Shown here: positions 59,201 through 64,000 of the stretch, in pieces | Position numbering within the stretch: position 1 is the stretch's first letter | How the letters are laid out: the number at the start of each line of letters is the position of its first letter | Source: Chloroflexota bacterium | GTDB lineage: Bacteria; Chloroflexota; Limnocylindria; Limnocylindrales; CSP1-4 | NCBI GenBank assembly: GCA_004297395.1 | Contig: SCUO01000018.1 | Coordinates: 2,383 to 66,382 of the forward strand | Length of the DNA stretch: 64,000 bases | Reading direction: 5' to 3' | Program-made: the position numbers and the translations under genes | The notes under the pieces: model-generated | What the model saw: only the letters and a program-made list of their open reading frames with translations | Told to the model about the DNA's origin: nothing | Database searches by the model: none

Positions 59201-60826
59201 GAGGAGCGCTGGATCGCGATCGAGGACGCCGGGCGGTATCGGGACGGGGCGGGAGCCTCCCCGCCGGTGGGGATCCCGGAGGCGTTCCTCGTGCCCGTGT
59301 CCGGGGCGCTGGACGGGTTGCTGGCTCGCTGGGCCCGGACGCACGGCCCATTCCTGGCCGTCGACCCGGCGCGGCGCTGGGACCTGCCTGCGGGCGTGGT
59401 CGAAGATGCCCTGGAGCGGCTTGCCGACCGCGGATCCCTCGTCCGGGGCGAGTTCCGGCCCGACGGCACGGAACGGGAGTGGTGCGACCCGGAGGTCCTG
59501 CGGCTGCTGCGGCGCCGTTCGCTGGCCCGGCTGCGGCACGAGGTGGAGCCGGTGGAACCGGCGGCGCTCGGGCGGTTCCTGCCGGCCTGGCAGGGGGTGG
59601 CGGGGGTGGGGGATTCGCCACCTCCGCTTCGCGGCGCGGCCGCTCTGGAGCGCCTGGCCGAGGTCGTCGACCAGCTCTCGGGCGTCGCGATCCCGGCGTC
59701 CGTGCTGGAGCGCGACGTCCTGCCGGCGCGGATCCCCGGCTACCAGCCGCGCCTGCTCGACGAGCTCGGCGCCCTCGGCGAGGTAGCCTGGGTGGGGCGG
59801 GGGAGCCTGGGCCGCGACGACGGCCGGGTGGTCCTGTACCGGCCCGGGCGCGAGGGGCTCAGGCCCGCCGGCCTGGCCGACGGAGTCGAACGGCCGTCGG
59901 ACCGCCGCCACGAGGCCATCCGGGAGCACCTCGCCCGGCGCGGCGCGTCGTTCTATCGCGATCTCCACGCCGCCGCGGGCGGCGGGCTCGATCGCGAGGT
60001 CCTCGACGCGCTGTGGGACCTCGTCTGGGCGGGCGAGGTCACGAACGACACGTTCGCCCCGCTCCGGGCCCTGCGCTGGAAGCGGCCCTCCCGCTCGACG
60101 GCCCGGCCGCGGGCCGGCCGGCTCACCGCGCTCGGGCCGCCCGAGGCCGCTGGTCGCTGGTCGCTCGTCGAGGTCGAGCGGGCCGCCGGCAGCCCGACGG
60201 AGCGGCTCCATGCAACGGCCCTGGCGCTCCTCGATCGGCACGGCGTGCTCGTCCGCGAGGCGGTGATGGCCGAGGGCGTCGACGGCGGCTTCGCCGGGAT
60301 CTACCCGGTCCTCCGCGCCCTCGAGGACGCCGGTCGGATCCGGCGGGGCTATTTCGTCGAGGGCCTCGGTGCCGCCCAATTCGCCCTGGCCGGGGCGATC
60401 GATCGGTTGCGGACAGTCCGCGACGCCGGCGGCGGGCGGGGGGAGTCGCCCACGGTCCACGTCCTCGCCGCTGCGGATCCGGCGAACCCGTACGGGGCCG
60501 CAATCGCGTGGCCGCGTCGGGGCGAGGACGATCGCCGGCCGCTGCCCCGGGCCGCCGGCGCGTTCGTGGTCCTCGTCGACGGCGTGGCCGCGCTGTATGT
60601 GGAGCGCGGCGGCAAGACCCTCCAGGCGCTCCCGGTGTTCGACGACGCGGAAGTGGCGGCGGTCGCCGTCCCGGCCCTCCGGTGGCTGGTCGGCGATGGT
60701 CGCGAACGGGAGCTCGTGGTCACCCGGGTCGATGGGCTGCCGGTCGGCGAATCGCCGCACCGCGACGCCCTCCTCCGATGCGGCTTCGTGGCCGGCTACC
60801 GCGGCCTCGTGCTGCGCGGCCGCTGA
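56249..60826 (+). CDS. lhr: Lhr-family large ATP-dependent DEAD/DEAH-box helicase
   Basis: PTPAQAGGWAAISAGHHTLIHAPTGSGKTLAAF, ILDEVHA, IFTNSRRLAE and SSLELGIDMG, followed by the long Lhr-type C-terminal extension. About 1525 aa. Confidence 0.9.
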   Translation: MTTASVPAPATDPLAPFSAPVRAWFEGAFEAPTPAQAGGWAAISAGHHTLIHAPTGSGKTLAAFLWCLDSLARNRTLPPTRGNPGSVRVLYVSPLKALTYDVERNLRAPLHGISLAAQRLGEEPPRISIASRTGDTPQEARRALAKTPPDILVTTPESLYLLLTSAARETLRGVETVILDEVHAVAGTKRGAHLALSLERLERLRPPDAPPLQRIGLSATQRPLDTIARFLGGTGPGREVRIVDAGTRKALDLEVVVPVEDMSRIGEVLPLEDQPGGPAWRDDMRTSIWPAIHPRILELIRAHRSTIIFTNSRRLAERLAHRLNDLAGEELVRAHHGSIAREQRLEIEEALKDGRLPALVATSSLELGIDMGAVDLVILVESPTSVASGLQRVGRAGHQVGEPSKGVLFPKFRGDLLEAAVVVGRMHDGAIETTVMPRNPLDVLAQQLVAMTVMDRWTVAELLEIVTRAAPFETLSREALEGVLGMLAGAYPSDEFAELKARVVWDRVTDVVEGRRDARVVAVTSGGTIPDRGLFGVFLAGEAGTPGRRVGELDEEQVYELRAGMHGDVIVLGASSWRILDITAERVVVEPAPGVPGKIPFWKGDSIGRPVELGRAIGGFVRAAEADLARGPKGRAAAAARLRASHDLDELATENLLGYLEEERDVAGALPTDRRIVIERFRDELGDWRLVVLTPFGGRVHAPWTLAIEHRLRERLGIEAQTIWSDDGIAIRLPEGEGEGGAARLAEIEALLFPTPDEVEDLVVENVGGSALFASRFRENAGRALLLPRRRPGTRTPLWQQRQRSADLLAVASRYGSFPILVETYRECLSDVFDLDALRDVLGAVERREIAIHAIETVKASPFAASLLFDYVAAYMYEGDAPLAERRAGALALDRDLLRELLGQEELRELLDAEALADLELSLQALTEDRQATTVDQLHDVLRRLGDLAADEVGARVDGGAEVAGPWLAELRAARRAVVARIGGEERWIAIEDAGRYRDGAGASPPVGIPEAFLVPVSGALDGLLARWARTHGPFLAVDPARRWDLPAGVVEDALERLADRGSLVRGEFRPDGTEREWCDPEVLRLLRRRSLARLRHEVEPVEPAALGRFLPAWQGVAGVGDSPPPLRGAAALERLAEVVDQLSGVAIPASVLERDVLPARIPGYQPRLLDELGALGEVAWVGRGSLGRDDGRVVLYRPGREGLRPAGLADGVERPSDRRHEAIREHLARRGASFYRDLHAAAGGGLDREVLDALWDLVWAGEVTNDTFAPLRALRWKRPSRSTARPRAGRLTALGPPEAAGRWSLVEVERAAGSPTERLHATALALLDRHGVLVREAVMAEGVDGGFAGIYPVLRALEDAGRIRRGYFVEGLGAAQFALAGAIDRLRTVRDAGGGRGESPTVHVLAAADPANPYGAAIAWPRRGEDDRRPLPRAAGAFVVLVDGVAALYVERGGKTLQALPVFDDAEVAAVAVPALRWLVGDGRERELVVTRVDGLPVGESPHRDALLRCGFVAGYRGLVLRGR

Positions 60827-60850
60827 ATCCAGCCGGGGACGGCGACATCG

Positions 60851-61678
60851 ATGCCGGAGGGCGACACGCTGGCCCGGATCGCGGCGGGCCTCCGGCCGCA
60901 CCTCACCGGCCGCACGGTCACGGCCGCGAGGGCGCCGGTCCCGGGACCGCGGGTCGAGCGGGTCGTCGGCGCGACGATCACCGAGGTCGTCGCCATCGGC
61001 AAGAACCTCCTGATCCGCCTCGACAACGGCCTCGAGCTCCGGACCCACCTCCGGATGCGCGGGACCTGGCATCGCTACCGGCCGGGCGAGCCGTGGCGTC
61101 GAGCGCCGGGCCGGGCCGTCCTCGTCCTGGAGGTCCCGGGCGCCGTGGCCGTCTGCTTCGATGCCCCGGTCGTCGAGCTCTTCGAGACGCGGACCGAGGC
61201 GATCCACCCGTCCCTCGGCCGGCTCGGGCCTGACCTCCTGGCCGTCGACGTCGATGTCGACGAAGCGCGGCGTCGACTTCGCGACCCCGCCCGGGCAGGG
61301 ACGGAGATCGGCGTCGCGCTGCTCGACCAGCGGGCGCTCGCCGGGATCGGGAATGTCGTCAAGAGCGAGACGCTGTTCATCGAGCGGGTCGACCCGTTCG
61401 CCCGGGTCGCCGTCATCGATGACCCGGCGCTGGACCGCCTCATCGCGACCGCTCGCCGGATCCTCGTGGAGAGCGCCGCCCTGAGACGCGGCCCGGAACG
61501 GGTGACGACGCTCGACCCGGCGACCCGGCGGCCGCTCGCCCCCGAGCCGCTGTGGGTCTATCGCCGCGCCGGCCGGCCATGTCGCCGCTGCGGCACGCTC
61601 ATCCGGGCCGCGCAGCAGGGCGCGGACCTGCCGCGGACCACGTACTGGTGCCCGCAGTGCCAGGATTCGGGGCGATGA
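60851..61678 (+). CDS. nei: Fpg/Nei-family DNA glycosylase (endonuclease VIII-like, Nei2-type)
   Basis: N-terminal MPEGDT. H2TH segment LLDQRALAGIGNVVKSE. C-terminal zinc finger CRRCGT...YWCPQC. It lies directly downstream of lhr, as in the mycobacterial lhr-nei2 arrangement. Confidence 0.85.
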   Translation: MPEGDTLARIAAGLRPHLTGRTVTAARAPVPGPRVERVVGATITEVVAIGKNLLIRLDNGLELRTHLRMRGTWHRYRPGEPWRRAPGRAVLVLEVPGAVAVCFDAPVVELFETRTEAIHPSLGRLGPDLLAVDVDVDEARRRLRDPARAGTEIGVALLDQRALAGIGNVVKSETLFIERVDPFARVAVIDDPALDRLIATARRILVESAALRRGPERVTTLDPATRRPLAPEPLWVYRRAGRPCRRCGTLIRAAQQGADLPRTTYWCPQCQDSGR

Positions 61679-61953
61679 CCTCGATCACCATCGCCCCCAG
61701 GTCGCGTCCCGACCGCTGGTCCTGCACCGTCGAGCTGGAGGATGACGACGGCTCGCGGACGAGCCACGACGTCAGCGTCAGCCGCGAAGACGTCGCCCGG
61801 CTGTCACCCGGCGCGACCGACCCGACCGACCTGGTCCGGCGCTCCTTCGAGTTCCTGCTCGCCCGCGAGCCGAAGGAATCGATCCTCCGGACGTTCGAGC
61901 TGCCAGCGATCGGCCGCTACTTCCCAGAATACGAGTCGACGATCCGCGGCTGA
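61675..61953 (+). CDS. small hypothetical protein (92 aa), translationally coupled to nei
   Basis: ATG 61675 overlaps the nei stop (ATGA). ...DLVRRSFEFLLAREPKESILRTFELPAIGRYFPEYE. No family recognised. Confidence 0.55.
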   Translation: MTSITIAPRSRPDRWSCTVELEDDDGSRTSHDVSVSREDVARLSPGATDPTDLVRRSFEFLLAREPKESILRTFELPAIGRYFPEYESTIRG

Positions 61954-61994
61954 GCCACTTGTGGCAGCTCGGCCGGCCCGTATGATCGGCGGCG

Positions 61995-62708
61995 ATGTGC
62001 GAGCAGTTCATCGCCCGCGCCGCGGAGCCGTTCCGGCTCGATGCGCTGTGGGAGCTGGCCGAGCGCCTGGAGCGGTTCGGGATCGCCGGCTTCGGCTGGG
62101 GCGCGGCATGGATCGACGACGATGGCCGGATCTCCAGCCATCGTGACGTGGCCGCCTTCCGCGACGATCCGGAGCGCGAGGCCGTCGGCCGCCACGAGAC
62201 GACGTCTGCCCTCGTGCACCTCCGGCGGCCATCCCGGCTCTCGACCCTCGGCCCGCCGGACACCCAGCCGTTCGACGACCCCGCCGGCCGCTATAGCTTC
62301 AGCCACAACGGCGATCTGCTGCTCCACCGCGAGTGGCGGTCCAGGTATCGGGCCCAGGGCCGGATCAGGGGTCGAGCGGACACGGAAGTCGGCGCGCGAT
62401 GGCTCGAGGATGAATGGCGTGACGGGGAATCGGTGCCGCACCTGCTGGGAGCGCTCCACGACACCTTCGGCGGCCAGGCCAACCTGGCCGTCCTGACCGC
62501 CGCGGGCGGCACCCACCACTACGCCGGCAACCGCGAGAACCCGGTGTTCACGTTCCGGCTCGGGGGGATCGGCGTCGCGGCGACCGCGCTCTACTCGCTC
62601 GATCGATCGGTCTTCCGGTACGCCGCGGCGGGCGCCACGGAGCGCCGGCTCGTGCCCATCCGGACGACGGCGTCGCTCGACCCGGAGGGCCGCGCCGTCG
62701 CCTCGTGA
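61995..62708 (+). CDS. class II (Ntn) glutamine amidotransferase
   Basis: MCEQF... gives Cys2 as the N-terminal nucleophile. VHLRRPS...DTQPF...FSHNGDL follows. TATGAT (61981-61986) lies 8 nt upstream of the ATG. Confidence 0.75.
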   Translation: MCEQFIARAAEPFRLDALWELAERLERFGIAGFGWGAAWIDDDGRISSHRDVAAFRDDPEREAVGRHETTSALVHLRRPSRLSTLGPPDTQPFDDPAGRYSFSHNGDLLLHREWRSRYRAQGRIRGRADTEVGARWLEDEWRDGESVPHLLGALHDTFGGQANLAVLTAAGGTHHYAGNRENPVFTFRLGGIGVAATALYSLDRSVFRYAAAGATERRLVPIRTTASLDPEGRAVAS

Positions 62709-62776
62709 CAATCCCGGCGCAGGCGCGTCAGATCGAAGAACCAGGCATCGACCCGGGGGGCGGAGGGAGCAGGGAG

Positions 62777-64000
62777 ATGGAGCTCGTGCACGGGGCCGAG
62801 GCGGCCGGCGGAGACCCGGGCGATCGCCCGACGACGGACCTGCCGAAGACGCAGCTGGTCCGCCTGTCCCTCTACTGGCTTGGGCTGTCGTCGATCTTCA
62901 TCGGCCTGACCCAGATCCTGTCGGGCCGCATCCAGTACGAGACCGGTGGCGGCCTCTTCTCGCCCGGCTCGGAAGGCACGACGCTCTTCCTCCTGAATGT
63001 CGCGGGCGCGGCCATCGCGGCCCTCGTCCAGCCGACGGTCGGCTCGATCTCCGACTACACGATGAGCCGCTGGGGTCGTCGCAAGCCCTACATCTTCATC
63101 GGCTCGCTGCTCGACATCGTCTTCCTGTACGGCATCGCGTCGTCGAACACCGTCCTCGCCGTGGCCGCGTTCATGGTCCTGCTCCAGGTCAGCGCGAACT
63201 TCGCCCAGGGCCCGTTCCAGGGCTACGTGCCGGACCTCGTTCCGGCGAAGCAGGTCGGGCTGGCGTCGGCCCTCGTCGGGCTGTTCCAGGTCCTCGGCAA
63301 CGTGGCCGGGTTCGGGATCGGCGCGGCCGCCGTCGCGACCGACAACTTCTTCCTCGGCACGATGGCCCTTGGTGCCCTCGAGGTCGTGACCATGCTGTCG
63401 GTCGTGTGGCGGGTCAACGAGGGCAAGGCCGCCCGGCCCCGCGAGGGCAAGTCGTGGTTCGCGATCGGGAGGGAAGCCTGGGGCCTCGACATCCTGGCCC
63501 AGCGCTCGTTCCTGTGGCTCGTCGGATCGCGCTGGTTCGTCCTGATGGGCGCCAACATGCTCATCAACTTCGCCCTGTTCTACCTGGCCCAGACGTTCTC
63601 CCTGAAGCAGGAGGAGACCGGCGGTCCGAACATTGCCCTGCTCGGCGCCACGATCCTCGGCAACGTCGTGACCGTGATCCCGGCCGCAAAGCTGTCGGAT
63701 CGGATCGGTCGCAAGCCGGTCATCTACGCGGCCTGCGCCCTCGGCGGCCTGGGCATGGCCATCGTCGCGGCGGCGCCGGCGATCCCCGTCGCGATCGCCG
63801 GGGCCGGGCTCTTCGGGGCGGGCTCGGGGATGTTCCTGGCCGTCGACTGGGCCCTCATGACCGACATCATCCCGAAGGCCTCGTCCGGCCGGTACATGGG
63901 CATCAGCAACGTCGCCACGGCAACGGCCGGGATCTTCGCGGTCATGACCGGCGGGTTGCTCATGGACGCGATGAACGCGGCCATCGGCTACGGCTCGGGG
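62777..64000 (+). CDS. MFS transporter (3' end outside window)
   Basis: ATG 62777 follows GGAGGGAGCAGGGAG. My own translation reads MELVHGAEAAGG...LVRLSLYWLGLSSIFIGLTQ...GSISDYTMSRWGRRKPYIFIGS. The frame is open to the window end and is absent from the ORF track because no stop is reached. Confidence 0.75.
   Translation, partial: MELVHGAEAAGGDPGDRPTTDLPKTQLVRLSLYWLGLSSIFIGLTQILSGRIQYETGGGLFSPGSEGTTLFLLNVAGAAIAALVQPTVGSISDYTMSRWGRRKPYIFIGSLLDIVFLYGIASSNTVLAVAAFMVLLQVSANFAQGPFQGYVPDLVPAKQVGLASALVGLFQVLGNVAGFGIGAAAVATDNFFLGTMALGALEVVTMLSVVWRVNEGKAARPREGKSWFAIGREAWGLDILAQRSFLWLVGSRWFVLMGANMLINFALFYLAQTFSLKQEETGGPNIALLGATILGNVVTVIPAAKLSDRIGRKPVIYAACALGGLGMAIVAAAPAIPVAIAGAGLFGAGSGMFLAVDWALMTDIIPKASSGRYMGISNVATATAGIFAVMTGGLLMDAMNAAIGYGSG

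Noticed and set aside
56261-61207. 1648-aa minus-strand ORF
   Set aside because: It is entirely antisense to lhr and nei, which have unmistakable helicase and glycosylase motifs. The translation is Arg/Pro/Gly-rich junk.

Overview
This is a very GC-rich chromosomal segment with strong GC3 bias. The gene content looks Actinomycetota-like: Ku/LigD, Lhr-Nei2, an F420-type LLM oxidoreductase, and many leaderless-type promoters. I can support about 55 protein-coding genes. I found no rRNA or tRNA, no CRISPR array, and no transposase or integrase. All family assignments come from motifs I recognise in the translated ORFs; no searches were run.

Gene blocks in order:
- 1-9.7 kb: FtsX-type ABC permease, BioY, an M1 metallopeptidase lipoprotein, a GlcD-like FAD oxidase, a DUF4331 + TPR pair, and a SorC regulator.
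- 9.8-28.3 kb: a purine-catabolism supercluster. It holds guanine deaminase, a LuxR/LAL regulator, an eight-gene coupled operon (XDH Mo/FeS/FAD subunits, OHCU decarboxylase, uricase, a VOC protein, malate synthase), HIU hydrolase, and an uncharacterised DUF3830-like / poly-Asp-Gly / cyclic-amidohydrolase / small-protein operon.
- 24.3-29.6 kb: a composite tandem-repeat array and two proteins with PD-(D/E)xK nuclease-like motifs.
- 29.6-35.4 kb: a signalling island with a Crp/Fnr regulator, a hybrid histidine kinase, a decayed receiver gene, and a REC-EAL protein.
- 35.5-39.2 kb: Ku-LigD.
- 39.3-42.2 kb: LLM oxidoreductase, MerR, and an MFS transporter.
- 42.1-49.2 kb: a Cys/His hypothetical protein, two secreted S8 peptidases, and a TrmB regulator.
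- 49.3-64 kb: a thioredoxin-domain (DUF255) protein, NUDIX, TatA, an HDAC-GNAT fusion, DoxX, Lhr-Nei2 plus a small coupled ORF, a class II amidotransferase, and a partial MFS transporter.

Most notable sequence-level observations:
- An ACCAC-N5-GTGGT operator is shared by the trmB and S8 peptidase promoters.
- An SOS-box-like palindrome lies upstream of lhr.
- A TAnnnT -10 box (often TACGAT) sits 6-9 nt before the start codon at about 12 genes.
- uraH and the DUF3830-like operon sit head to head with almost no spacer.
- A 13/36/29-bp tandem-repeat array lies between malate synthase and the HTH-nuclease gene.
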